Source: Bacteroidia bacterium
GTDB taxonomy: Bacteria; Bacteroidota; Bacteroidia; 2-12-FULL-35-15
Reading direction: 5' to 3'
DNA length: 64,000 nt
Assembly: GCA_016786925.1 (NCBI GenBank)
Contig: JAEUTU010000129.1
Coordinates: 17,792 to 81,791, forward strand
Notes under the pieces: generated by a model
Database searches by the model: none
What the model saw: the letters and a program-made list of their open reading frames with translations, nothing else
Told to the model about the DNA's origin: nothing
Made by a program: the position numbers and the translations under genes
In this document: positions 27,144 to 38,242 of the stretch, in pieces
Layout of the letters: each line of letters begins with the position of its first letter
Position numbering within the stretch: the first letter of the stretch is position 1

Positions 27144-29116
27144 TTCTTTTCCTGAACAGGAAAGAAAAAAGAAAGGGGCTTTCTCAAAAACATTCTTAAC
27201 AAATACACCAATACTTTCCCTGTCTTTTTCAACTTTATCTGTCTTGCCTTTATTGCAACGAATAATGCCAGAGAAAAACTTACTAATATATTGACCACTC
27301 CGATCAAAACGATACCGGTTAATGGAATAATGATCTCATTCCAGGAAATCGAGTTTATAGTGGAACTCAAAGCAAAACCTAAATTCCCTGATGCAAAAGT
27401 AACATGCTGAATATCTATATTTAAACCTAAAATTGATCCGAAAAAGGCTACAAAAGCCAGAAAAAAACCTAAAGTAAAATTTCCTGTTAATCCTCCGATA
27501 TTGTTATTTACATAATCTCCAAGCTTTCCCGAAACCGATTCCCCTAAGAATCTTTTCAATAGAGGATGATTTTTAATTCTATCGCCATAACCATTAAACA
27601 CATTCGAATTTTCAGCAATTCCGGCAATTGTTCCTGACGCAAACAGCATTATACCGGCAATTGCACCATGCAAAACACATAATGTGGAAAATGGATCCAG
27701 TTCGTTTATCTTCGAAATAGCCTTTGAGTTCGATACAAGAGACTCGCCTGTAACAACCATCCAAATATAATTTATAGCAAATGAAACGGGCAATGCCAGA
27801 GCGATATTACCAACAACTGCAATAAATTGACTCCTGAATACTTTTATAATAAAGTTACCTATCTCTTTCACTTCATTCTCTTCTGTCTGACTCTCAATGG
27901 CTTTCGCAATAGTAGAAGCTGTCATAGAAGGCTGCTTGGTTGCAAGAGTGCCGTGAAACAATTGAATACCAATAAAACCAAATGAATAATTTAAGGCTTT
28001 TAAGATCGTATCTTGTAACAGTGGTAGGTGCAAACCATTGATCAAAAATTTAAATACAACTAAAAACCCAACAACCAAACCACCCTTAAGAGCATTTATA
28101 AACATCTCAAAATACTCTTTTACATTATTCGTTACATAATGCTCACCAATTCTACCTGTATGTTCAGTGATCTGAAACGCTAAAAGTGAGATCGTATCAT
28201 TAAAATACACACGAATACTATTTTTCTCATTCTCAATTTTCACCAATTTCTTAAACAATCGAAAGAGTGATGCATATTGCTCTGCCTCTGAATTACTGAC
28301 TATTAATCTCAACAATTCATCCAAACGTTTTAAGGACAAGTTTATTTTTTGCAAAACTATTGTCAGTGCTAAACTTGTACCGTACTTAGACTTACTCTCT
28401 TTTATTTCATTAACAAAACGAACGCATTCATCAATAGAATCAATCACATTTCTATACAATAACTCTTCCCTGCTTTTACTTATTTTATTGCTCTCTAAAG
28501 CTTCTATATAGGCATCAACAGACTCATGCAATTTCATAAACGGAGAGTCTTTATCAAGAACTTGATCGAAATTTTTAATAATATTTTGATCGATACTCAA
28601 TGAACAGATCACTTGAGATAATACATATATGTCATTCAGCAATTCATCAACTACTTTATCTTCTGTCCCTAATTGAGATGGATGTTTGACCCCTAAAACT
28701 TCAATAAATTCAGCATATAATTCATCCGGAATACCATTTAACCATACATAATCGTTCCGTTTATAAAAAACTTTGTTAACTATGCCTCTCAATGTGCTTA
28801 AGTCCGGCTCAATTGGAAGTAGCTTTCTGAATATTCTTTTTTTTATCTCTGAGAAAAAAGTCCCTCTGGATATTAAATTTACTTGAGTGTAAAGCTCTGA
28901 CTGCTTAGATGAAACAACAATATCAACAATATTAGATCTGAATTTATCACACAAAGAGTGATCTTCCTTAAGCACAAGAATGATGTCTTTTATACGCTGA
29001 GAGGCGTAAAAGCTATTGTCAGGATCATTGGGACGAATTCTTTCAACTAATGCAGAAAGGGTTTCCATCCGATCCGTAGGCTTGGATTCAGAAAATTGGA
29101 TAACAAACTCTCTCAT
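27140..29116 (-). CDS. Large polytopic membrane protein of unknown function. It has an N-terminal roughly 340-aa soluble helical region and a C-terminal multi-TM region. It possibly belongs to the poorly characterised family mis-named 'site-specific recombinase' (PF10136-like); this is unverified.
   Basis: 658 aa with clean ATG start. The hydrophobic segments are all in the C-terminal half (GLVVGFLVVFKFLINGL, IAVVGNIALALPVSFAINYIWMVV, LGFFLAFVAFFGSILGL, IIIPLTGIVLIGVVNILVSFSLALFVAI). Confidence 0.55.
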   Translation of the reverse strand: MREFVIQFSESKPTDRMETLSALVERIRPNDPDNSFYASQRIKDIILVLKEDHSLCDKFRSNIVDIVVSSKQSELYTQVNLISRGTFFSEIKKRIFRKLLPIEPDLSTLRGIVNKVFYKRNDYVWLNGIPDELYAEFIEVLGVKHPSQLGTEDKVVDELLNDIYVLSQVICSLSIDQNIIKNFDQVLDKDSPFMKLHESVDAYIEALESNKISKSREELLYRNVIDSIDECVRFVNEIKESKSKYGTSLALTIVLQKINLSLKRLDELLRLIVSNSEAEQYASLFRLFKKLVKIENEKNSIRVYFNDTISLLAFQITEHTGRIGEHYVTNNVKEYFEMFINALKGGLVVGFLVVFKFLINGLHLPLLQDTILKALNYSFGFIGIQLFHGTLATKQPSMTASTIAKAIESQTEENEVKEIGNFIIKVFRSQFIAVVGNIALALPVSFAINYIWMVVTGESLVSNSKAISKINELDPFSTLCVLHGAIAGIMLFASGTIAGIAENSNVFNGYGDRIKNHPLLKRFLGESVSGKLGDYVNNNIGGLTGNFTLGFFLAFVAFFGSILGLNIDIQHVTFASGNLGFALSSTINSISWNEIIIPLTGIVLIGVVNILVSFSLALFVAIKARQIKLKKTGKVLVYLLRMFLRKPLSFFFPVQEKN

Positions 29117-29119
29117 GGG

Positions 29120-29323
29120 CTATTTTACCTCTTCGTAATCAACATACTCTCCTTCAGAATCGGCCATTTTACGCTTTGCTTCTTTTGAAGAATAGGAATG
29201 CTTTACTTCACGCTGATCCTCAGAAACAGAGGACGATGTTTTATTAGATCGATAAAGATTTACGCTATGGATGATTCTCCATAGTATCCAGATCACAAGT
29301 ATTGTATAAAAAACATCTTTCAT
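29120..29323 (-). CDS. Small single-TM protein (67 aa) immediately upstream of the 658-aa membrane protein, with a 3-bp gap
   Basis: ATG start. The hydrophobic N-terminus FYTILVIWILWRIIHSV is followed by a charged, Ser/Glu-rich tail. It is in the same orientation and tightly linked to the downstream gene. Confidence 0.35.
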   Translation of the reverse strand: MKDVFYTILVIWILWRIIHSVNLYRSNKTSSSVSEDQREVKHSYSSKEAKRKMADSEGEYVDYEEVK

Positions 29324-29378
29324 TCTAAACGCAAAGGTACGAGTTTTAATATATTTGTACCATCAACTATTTCTTTTT

Positions 29379-30041
29379 ATGTATAAACGCTTATTTATAG
29401 CATTTTGTTGCCTTTCAATCTATTCTTGTGCCCCAAGCCATTTTGTTAAACCACTTGAAAAGAAACAACATGCAGCTAATGTTTCATTGGGTGGACCACT
29501 CATTAAATTTGGGACAGCCACCATCCCTATTCCATTCATCACTGCTACTTACGGATATGGAATAGATAGCACGCTTACGGGCTTTGCTTCCGTAAACGTC
29601 ACTTCTGCATTATATGGAAATGTTCAGTTGGAATTAGGCGCCACCAAACAATTGCTCAAACAAAAAAACTATTGGCCGGCAGTTTCTTTCAATCCTGTTG
29701 TCAATTTTATTTATCACGACAAGAACGCATATAAAATTTATCCCCAATTAGATCTTAATGCCTTTTGGGAATACGGAAAAAGAAAGAATTTTTTCTACAT
29801 AGGAGTTGACAATTGGTTTGAACTTTCTTCAAAAAAAGCATTTGACTTAAAGCAACAAAATAAATGGCTGGTTAGTTCAATGATTGGGCATACATTCAAC
29901 GGAAAAAAATGGAATTTCAATATCGAAGCTAAAGTGATCGCACCGCATCTCTCCAATAAGGATATTGTTGTTGACTATCAAACACCTTTAAGAGATAAAG
30001 GAGCATTCGGCATTTACTTCGGTTACACCAGAAAATTTTAG
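29379..30041 (+). CDS. Putative outer-membrane lipoprotein / small beta-barrel protein
   Basis: MYKRLFIAFCCLSIYSC lipoprotein-type signal. Alternating hydrophobic beta-strand-like pattern ending in an aromatic residue (GYTRKF). The track ORF starts at a TTG (29355). Confidence 0.45.
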   Translation: MYKRLFIAFCCLSIYSCAPSHFVKPLEKKQHAANVSLGGPLIKFGTATIPIPFITATYGYGIDSTLTGFASVNVTSALYGNVQLELGATKQLLKQKNYWPAVSFNPVVNFIYHDKNAYKIYPQLDLNAFWEYGKRKNFFYIGVDNWFELSSKKAFDLKQQNKWLVSSMIGHTFNGKKWNFNIEAKVIAPHLSNKDIVVDYQTPLRDKGAFGIYFGYTRKF

Positions 30042-30043
30042 AC

Positions 30044-30937
30044 ATGAAAAGAATAATACTATTTGTAACAATCATCTTACTTTCAAGTTGTCTGCGTTTA
30101 GACGACAATTTATTCAATGAAAGCAAACTCAGCGAATATAAACTGGAAAATTATACAGGTGAAGTAGACTTTCGACTAGATTACAACTATGCTATACCCG
30201 ATAGTATGGTTCATCTGTTCACGCTTCCTTCTCAAGCAAGCGATGAATCCAGCGCTACTACTATTTATGCTGTTTACATTGGTAACATTTCTGAAATAAC
30301 CACAGATACTGTAATCATGTATTGCCATGGGAACAAAGATCATATGGATTTTTACTGGCAACGGGCCAAATTACTAGCCAATACGAAAAATAAAAATCGT
30401 TTTGGAGTCATGATGATCGATTACAGAGGCTATGGCATGAGTGAAGGCAAGCCTAGTGAAAAAGCATTATATGCTGATGTAGATGCAGCCCTAAAATGGC
30501 TAAAAAACAAAGGACTGACAAACGATCGCTTGGTGATGTATGGATTTAGTATGGGTACAGCTCCTGCCACGAAGATCACTGCCAACAACAATTATTCACT
30601 CTTCCCTGCTAAATTATTATTGGAAGCACCATTTGCTTCTGCAGAGGTAATGGTTCAGGATGGCTCAGGACTTGCACTTCCGGGAAGCACGGTTACCGAT
30701 CTACAGATCAACAATGGAGAAGAGATCAAAAAAGTACAACAACCTTTCTTTTGGATACACGGTGAAAATGACGATTTCTTAAGCATCAACACTCATGGAA
30801 GTGTTGTTTATAACAACTATCAGGGAACATATAAAGAACAACACAGGATCCCCGGAGCAGAACATAGCACCATCCAAACAGTAATGGGATTTAGCAATTA
30901 CTTAAATGCTGTGGGTGATTTTATTTGTACGCATTAA
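30044..30937 (+). CDS. Alpha/beta-hydrolase-fold lipoprotein
   Basis: Lipoprotein signal MKRIILFVTIILLSSC. GFSMG nucleophile elbow (GxSxG). Downstream D/H residues. 2-bp gap from the upstream gene. Confidence 0.7.
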   Translation: MKRIILFVTIILLSSCLRLDDNLFNESKLSEYKLENYTGEVDFRLDYNYAIPDSMVHLFTLPSQASDESSATTIYAVYIGNISEITTDTVIMYCHGNKDHMDFYWQRAKLLANTKNKNRFGVMMIDYRGYGMSEGKPSEKALYADVDAALKWLKNKGLTNDRLVMYGFSMGTAPATKITANNNYSLFPAKLLLEAPFASAEVMVQDGSGLALPGSTVTDLQINNGEEIKKVQQPFFWIHGENDDFLSINTHGSVVYNNYQGTYKEQHRIPGAEHSTIQTVMGFSNYLNAVGDFICTH

Positions 30938-30940
30938 AGA

Positions 30941-33046
30941 TCATTGTTTAAGAATTGTAAATTCTACCCTTCTATTCGTTGCTTTTCCTTCTTCTGTATC
31001 ATTGTTAGCAATGGGTTTGGTTTCGCCATATCCCTTCGCTTGTAATCGATTCTTTTGAATACCTTTTGACGTAATATAAAGCATAACACTCTCTACACGC
31101 TGCTGTGATAATCGCTGATTATATTCATCATTCCCTACATTATCAGTGTGACCACCGATTTCAATCTCTATCCCGGAATTACTTTTTAAAAAGTCAACTA
31201 ATCGATCCAATTCCTGGTAAGAATCCGGCTTTAATTCTGATTTGTTAAAGTCAAAAAAAACATTGTTCAATCGAACTGTCTGCCCTATCTCTACCGGTAC
31301 TAAATAAAGATCTTTCTCAATTTCCTTATAACTGTCTAATGAACTCACATCTAAAAAATCGTTCACAGCATAAAATCCGTCTTTATCAGCCCTGAAGCTA
31401 TATTTCTTACCATATTGGAGGATAATGTTATATTCTCCACTCGATGGATTAGAAATGGCCTCTCCTACCTTTTCCTGAGATAAAACATCATAATAACTGA
31501 TCGCAGCCTTCAACGGTAAATTTGTTTTTTTATTAAGCACTTTCCCTTTTATTAACACCACTGGCAAAGGCTTTGCCGCCTCGGGTAATTTCACCTTTAC
31601 AATATCTCCTTCACCCAATGAATTTTCAGAGGAAACCATATAGGCAACATCTCCTGATGCAGGGATGGTAAAATAGGCATCCCAATTAACCGAATTGATC
31701 TCTGGCCCTAAATTTAAAGGAGTCGACCACTTCTTCCAAGTATCATCCAAACGTGTAGTCACAAAAATATCATTGCTACCATATCCCGGATGTGTATCCG
31801 ATGAAAAATAAAGCGTTTTATTATCTGCTGCCAAAAATGGTGTCGTTTCATAACCGGAAGTATTTATATCTGCTCCTAAATTTAAAGGCTCTGAATAGCT
31901 TCCATCCTTATTCAAAAAGCTAACATAAATATCTGCTCCTCCTTTTGAATCTTTCCGTTCGATAGCATGAAGCAAATAGGCATTGTCTTGTGATAAACAA
32001 TTATTTACATATATATGTGTATTGTAATAATTGTTTATCTGAATTTCTTTCGGCACAGCCCAACTATCAGCAGAACGTACAGCTACAGACAATCCTGCAC
32101 CTTTTTGGGTTCCATCCGGATTGTATGTATTGGAAAGATATAATGTATTATTGTCGGCTGACACCGATACCAACATATTGTGTCCACTATTATTAAAAGG
32201 CGAACCCATGTTTTGGGCTTCCGACCAAGTTGTTTCATTCAACTTCTTTGCATACCAGATGTCATCATTTACTGTTTTGCTGTGATTTTGAGGGTGATTT
32301 TTTCTACTAAAAAATAGTGTTTTACCATCAGGAGAAACGACAGGGCAAATTTCAGAATAAGCAGAATTAACATTTTTCCCTAAATTTTCTTTTATCAATC
32401 CTTTTACAGGATCCTTAATATGATTGATCCTTGGCATTGATCCTGTCAGTACTATTTTGGGAACACTCACTTTCTTTTGATTATATACGATCATTCCAAA
32501 ATAATTTCCCCACAGCTGCATCTTTTTACTTTCTATAGTCATCAAGACTTCACCATTCAGCAAAAATTGAATCTCAGCTCCTCTTTTATTTACCTTTAAG
32601 ATATTTACTCCCTGTTTAACTAAAGAAGTTGTTTTCCATTCTTGGATCTCGGAATACTTTCCTGATTCCGTTTTATTGATCTTGAAATAGCCCGAAGGAG
32701 ATATAATAAAGCTATTGTAATTTTCCCAGTCTTTTACCCCCCAAATGATACCATGGCCATTATTCTGATCACCGGTAATCTGCTCCATTTCAACTTCAAA
32801 AGAATAATCTTTGTTTTTATCTAGCTCTATTGATTTCCAGAACGCCCAACTACCTGAAGTACGTTTATGTTCAATCACATAAGAACCATTGTTAATACTC
32901 GCTTTTGAATCTTTATCATCCCACTCCGTCCATAATTTTAATTTATCAAAACTGTCTTCATAAGTTGTATCTACAAACTTTTTTTGTTGAGAGAATGCAA
33001 CCGTTGTGCAAAGACAAATACTTAAGGTTAAAAAAAATGATCTCAT
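30941..33046 (-). CDS. OmpA-family outer-membrane protein with TolB-like (PD40/WD40) beta-propeller repeats
   Basis: The C-terminal OmpA domain has GHTDNVGNDEYNQRLSQQRVESV...NRRVEF. Repeated PD40-like segments (SP.G..L.FSS). The signal peptide begins at the ATG at 33046 (MRSFFLTLSICLCTTVAFSQ). Confidence 0.8.
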   Translation of the reverse strand: MRSFFLTLSICLCTTVAFSQQKKFVDTTYEDSFDKLKLWTEWDDKDSKASINNGSYVIEHKRTSGSWAFWKSIELDKNKDYSFEVEMEQITGDQNNGHGIIWGVKDWENYNSFIISPSGYFKINKTESGKYSEIQEWKTTSLVKQGVNILKVNKRGAEIQFLLNGEVLMTIESKKMQLWGNYFGMIVYNQKKVSVPKIVLTGSMPRINHIKDPVKGLIKENLGKNVNSAYSEICPVVSPDGKTLFFSRKNHPQNHSKTVNDDIWYAKKLNETTWSEAQNMGSPFNNSGHNMLVSVSADNNTLYLSNTYNPDGTQKGAGLSVAVRSADSWAVPKEIQINNYYNTHIYVNNCLSQDNAYLLHAIERKDSKGGADIYVSFLNKDGSYSEPLNLGADINTSGYETTPFLAADNKTLYFSSDTHPGYGSNDIFVTTRLDDTWKKWSTPLNLGPEINSVNWDAYFTIPASGDVAYMVSSENSLGEGDIVKVKLPEAAKPLPVVLIKGKVLNKKTNLPLKAAISYYDVLSQEKVGEAISNPSSGEYNIILQYGKKYSFRADKDGFYAVNDFLDVSSLDSYKEIEKDLYLVPVEIGQTVRLNNVFFDFNKSELKPDSYQELDRLVDFLKSNSGIEIEIGGHTDNVGNDEYNQRLSQQRVESVMLYITSKGIQKNRLQAKGYGETKPIANNDTEEGKATNRRVEFTILKQ

Positions 33047-33140
33047 TTTTATGTTTTTATTTGTGATTAAAAATATAAAAACAAAAAATCCTTTGAAATA
33101 ATATTTCAAAGGATTTTTAAAATTTCTTACTAATTTCAGA

Positions 33141-33380
33141 TTAAGCTTCTGCCAATACTATGATCTTGTTGTTCAATACTTCAACAACACCACCTTTGAT
33201 CTCAAAAGTCTCCACCTTATTTGAAGTTTCGGTAACCTTAACCGTTCCTTTTTTAAGCGTTGCAATAATGGGTGCATGGTTATTCATGATTCCGAATGAT
33301 CCGTCTGCACCGGGAAGTTTCACTGCTGAAACATCACCACTATACACTTTTTTATCAGGAGTAATAATTTCTAATTTCAT
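33141..33380 (-). CDS. atpC: F0F1 ATP synthase subunit epsilon
   Basis: MKLEIITPDKKVYSGDVSAVKLPGADGSFGIMNNHAPII. 79 aa. It lies directly downstream of atpD. Confidence 0.8.
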   Translation of the reverse strand: MKLEIITPDKKVYSGDVSAVKLPGADGSFGIMNNHAPIIATLKKGTVKVTETSNKVETFEIKGGVVEVLNNKIIVLAEA

Positions 33381-33451
33381 TTTTATTAGTCTAATGTTTT
33401 CGGTAAAAAGCCTATAGAGCACTCTAAAGGCTTTTTACTTCTAACGAATTA

Positions 33452-34984
<1,533 letters not shown>

Positions 34985-34998
34985 TTAAAAATCGAGTG

Positions 34999-35006
34999 CA
35001 AAAGTA
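34999..35006 (-). promoter_or_regulatory. Candidate -7 box (TACTTTTG on the minus strand), 42 bp upstream of the atpD start
   Basis: The plus strand reads caaaagta. Confidence 0.25.
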
Positions 35007-35187
35007 ACAATTTATACTATAAAGAGAAAAAAATTGATTAACAATTTACAGTTAATTTGAACAGGCTTGATTTGCTCGACAAACACTCAAAAACAGGCGT
35101 CAAAACTGATAAAAATCATACATTTGAGGACTTATTGAAACAACAACTATTAAAAAGCCGGAAAAGACTGTTTAAAATGCGTTAATT

Positions 35188-35637
35188 ATGCTCATTCGTC
35201 CTTACAAAACTACTGATACTGATGCCCTTACTCAGGTATTTCTTCTGAATACCCCTAAGTATTTTGCTCAACATGAATTGGACGAATTCTTGGATTACCT
35301 AAAAACCACTCATGCTAATACCTATTTTGTTGTCGAACAAAATAACAAGGTCATCGGTGGAGTCGGTTACGAGATCAGAAAAAGTGATGCATCAGGAAGG
35401 ATCAATTGGATATTCTTACACCCTGAATTCCAAAACTCCGGAATTGGCAAGAAAGTGACAGAACAGATCATTCAGCTTCTTAAAACCGACAAAACGATCA
35501 ATAAGTTAATTGTCAGAACATCCCAATTTGCATATGCCTTTTTTGAAAAACTGGGCTACAAAACAATATCAATAGAGAAAGATCATTGGACTCCGGGCTT
35601 GGATCTTTATTTAATGGAACAGCTAATTTCGGCTTAA
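35188..35637 (+). CDS. GNAT-family N-acetyltransferase
   Basis: 149 aa. The acetyl-CoA binding motif is in QNSGIGKKV. Confidence 0.65.
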   Translation: MLIRPYKTTDTDALTQVFLLNTPKYFAQHELDEFLDYLKTTHANTYFVVEQNNKVIGGVGYEIRKSDASGRINWIFLHPEFQNSGIGKKVTEQIIQLLKTDKTINKLIVRTSQFAYAFFEKLGYKTISIEKDHWTPGLDLYLMEQLISA

Positions 35638-35727
35638 TATATCCCATTATGATTATTATCAGTATTTTGCATGACCAATACCATGATTTATTGATAAAAA
35701 GGATACGATTTTAGCATCGTAAAAAAC

Positions 35728-36480
35728 ATGAAAAAGCTATTCATAGAAATCGGATTGATCGCCCGCTTTACGGGAAGGTTCTTCACAGAACTATTCAAAC
35801 CCCGCTTTGAGTTCAATGAATTTCTTCGTCAGTGTTTTTACATCGGAAACAAATCCCTACCACTTGTTGCAATCACCGCCTTCATCATGGGCTTGGTGAT
35901 CACGATCCAATCGCGCCCAACTTTAGTTGAATTTGGTGCAGAAGCATGGTTACCTAAAATGGTATCGGTTTCACTTGTCCGCGAAATTGCTCCTGTTATT
36001 ACCGCTCTTATCTGCGCAGGCAAAATAGGTTCCGGCATTGGTGCCGAATTAGGCTCCATGAAAGTCACCGAACAGATCGATGCCATGGATGTTTCTGGCA
36101 CCAATCCCTATAAATTCCTTGTAGTAACACGTGTAATGGGCACTACGCTTATGATACCGCTTCTTGCAGTATTGGCGGATACCGTTTCTCTTTATGGTGG
36201 CTACTTAGGTGCCAACATCAGAGGTGTAGTAAGCTGGGATTTATACTGGAATCAAGTATTTGACACACTTGTTTATGGCGATGTGATGCCATCCATCATC
36301 AAAACATTCTTCTTTGGTTTTGCGATAGGAATTATTGGTTGCTATAAAGGATTTAATTCAAACAAGGGCACCGAAGGGGTTGGACAATCGGCTAATTCAG
36401 CTGTTGTTATTTCATCCTTACTCGTATTTATTATCGACCTTATTGCAGTTCAAATAACCGATATTTTTAATCTGAATTAA
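35728..36480 (+). CDS. mlaE: MlaE-family ABC transporter permease (phospholipid/organic-solvent resistance transporter)
   Basis: 250 aa multi-TM protein with a conserved MlaE-like core. Followed by an ATP-binding protein and an MCE protein. Confidence 0.85.
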   Translation: MKKLFIEIGLIARFTGRFFTELFKPRFEFNEFLRQCFYIGNKSLPLVAITAFIMGLVITIQSRPTLVEFGAEAWLPKMVSVSLVREIAPVITALICAGKIGSGIGAELGSMKVTEQIDAMDVSGTNPYKFLVVTRVMGTTLMIPLLAVLADTVSLYGGYLGANIRGVVSWDLYWNQVFDTLVYGDVMPSIIKTFFFGFAIGIIGCYKGFNSNKGTEGVGQSANSAVVISSLLVFIIDLIAVQITDIFNLN

Positions 36481-37244
36481 TGAAAGATCAGAAAGAACAT
36501 ATCGCTACTACAGATCCCGAAACGGTTATCTCCATTCGTAATCTCTACAAATCATTTGGAGATAATAAGGTTTTGAATGGTTTTGATTTCGATCTAAAAA
36601 AAGGAGAAAATGTAGTTGTATTAGGCAAATCAGGATCAGGAAAATCAGTGCTAATTAAATGTATTATCGGCCTGATACAACCGGATCAAGGATCTATCAA
36701 CGTATTAGGAGATAATGTACCCGACCTGAACACCACTCAACTGGATGAAATGCGTGTAAAAGTTGGTTTCTTATTCCAAAGCAATGCATTATATGATTCG
36801 ATGACAGTCAGAGAAAATCTGGAGTTTCCACTCAGACGGCATTGGATACATACTAGCAAGGAAGAAGTAAATGAGTTGGTGATGGAAGTACTACGCAATG
36901 TGGGACTTCCTCATACGGTTGACATGATGCCATCCGAATTATCAGGTGGTATGCGAAAACGGATTGCACTCGCCCGCACACTCATTCTTAAGCCGGAGAT
37001 CATCCTATACGATGAACCGACTACAGGACTTGATCCGATCACAGGAAAAGAGATAAGTAATTTAATGGTAGACATGCAAAAAAAATACAACATCTCCTCT
37101 ATTATCATTTCGCATGATCTTAACTGTGTGAAAATAACTGCAAATAGAGTTGTTATGCTTATTGATGGCACCTGCTACGCAACAGGAACATACGAAGAAC
37201 TGGAACGATCAACAGATAGTAAAGTGAAACAATTTTTTGAATAA
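36480..37244 (+). CDS. mlaF: MlaF-type ABC transporter ATP-binding protein
   Basis: Walker A GKSGSGKS. ABC signature LSGGMRKRIALAR. Walker B ILYDEPTTGLD. TAATG overlap with mlaE. Confidence 0.85.
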   Translation: MKDQKEHIATTDPETVISIRNLYKSFGDNKVLNGFDFDLKKGENVVVLGKSGSGKSVLIKCIIGLIQPDQGSINVLGDNVPDLNTTQLDEMRVKVGFLFQSNALYDSMTVRENLEFPLRRHWIHTSKEEVNELVMEVLRNVGLPHTVDMMPSELSGGMRKRIALARTLILKPEIILYDEPTTGLDPITGKEISNLMVDMQKKYNISSIIISHDLNCVKITANRVVMLIDGTCYATGTYEELERSTDSKVKQFFE

Positions 37245-37249
37245 TAAAA

Positions 37250-38230
37250 ATGGCAATAGAAACATCTAAAAATATTCGTGTAGGCTTATTTGTACTTATA
37301 GGAACAGCCTTATTAATAGTGGCACTCTACCTGATAGGCTCCAAACAGAATTTATTTGGCTCCACATTTACTCTGAAAGCACAATTTTACAATGTAAATG
37401 GTTTAATGGCTGGAAACAATGTTCGCTTCACAGGGATTGATATTGGAACGGTTGAAAGTGTAGAGATCATCAATGACACAACAGTGAGTGTTACCATGAT
37501 CATAGAAGATAAAGTACAGGAATTCATCAAGAAAAATGCAGTAGCGATTGTGGGAACAGATGGACTAATGGGAAACAAACTTGTCAATATTATTCCAACT
37601 GATGGTCCGGCAGAGGGTGTAGAAGATGGAGACATGCTACTTTCACGTAACCCGATCGGGACCGATGATATGATGCGTACACTTAACATCACCAATGAAA
37701 ATGTAAAAGAAATTACTGAAGAAATTAAACTGATCGTTCAAAAACTAAATAGCCCGAATAGTCTTTGGAGCATCTTAATGGATACAATTGTTGCCGAAAA
37801 TGTAAAGCAAGCAATCGTAAATATTAAAGTAACAGGAGAGCGAACAGCATTGATCACCGGTGATCTCAACCGCATTGTAAAGCATGTTCGAGAAGGAAAA
37901 GGAACTATTGGTGCATTGGTAACAGACACTGCTTTTTCATCCAAACTGCATCAAAGCATTGTTAACATTGAACTGATATCGGATTCATTAGCCTTAGTTA
38001 CCGGTGATCTGCATTATGTAACTTCCAAGATCAAAAAAGGCGAAGGAGCCATTGGCACAGTGTTGATGGATACGATGTTCGTCAACAACTTAAACAAGAG
38101 CATGCAAAATATTGAAAGCGGAACAAAAGGCTTTGATGATAACATGGAAGCTCTAAAGCACAACATTCTGCTTCGTAATTATTTTAAGAAAAAAGAAAAA
38201 GAGGCGAAAAAGAGTGCTGGTAAAAAATAA
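37250..38230 (+). CDS. mlaD: MlaD/MCE-family periplasmic substrate-binding protein
   Basis: N-terminal TM anchor. MCE domain (NVNGLMAGNNVRFTGIDIGTVESVEI). Extended coiled C-terminus. Confidence 0.8.
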   Translation: MAIETSKNIRVGLFVLIGTALLIVALYLIGSKQNLFGSTFTLKAQFYNVNGLMAGNNVRFTGIDIGTVESVEIINDTTVSVTMIIEDKVQEFIKKNAVAIVGTDGLMGNKLVNIIPTDGPAEGVEDGDMLLSRNPIGTDDMMRTLNITNENVKEITEEIKLIVQKLNSPNSLWSILMDTIVAENVKQAIVNIKVTGERTALITGDLNRIVKHVREGKGTIGALVTDTAFSSKLHQSIVNIELISDSLALVTGDLHYVTSKIKKGEGAIGTVLMDTMFVNNLNKSMQNIESGTKGFDDNMEALKHNILLRNYFKKKEKEAKKSAGKK

Positions 38231-38242
38231 TCTCGGATCGAA

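Noticed and set aside
33160-33417. 85-aa plus-strand ORF opposite atpC
   Set aside because: Antisense to a well-supported atpC frame. Its hydrophobic translation is typical of spurious antisense frames.
33405-33440. Imperfect hairpin (cctatagag/ctctaaagg) between atpD and atpC, considered as a terminator
   Set aside because: It lies inside the atpD-atpC operon 5' of the atpC start and has one stem mismatch. It is more likely an incidental structure or weak attenuator than a terminator.
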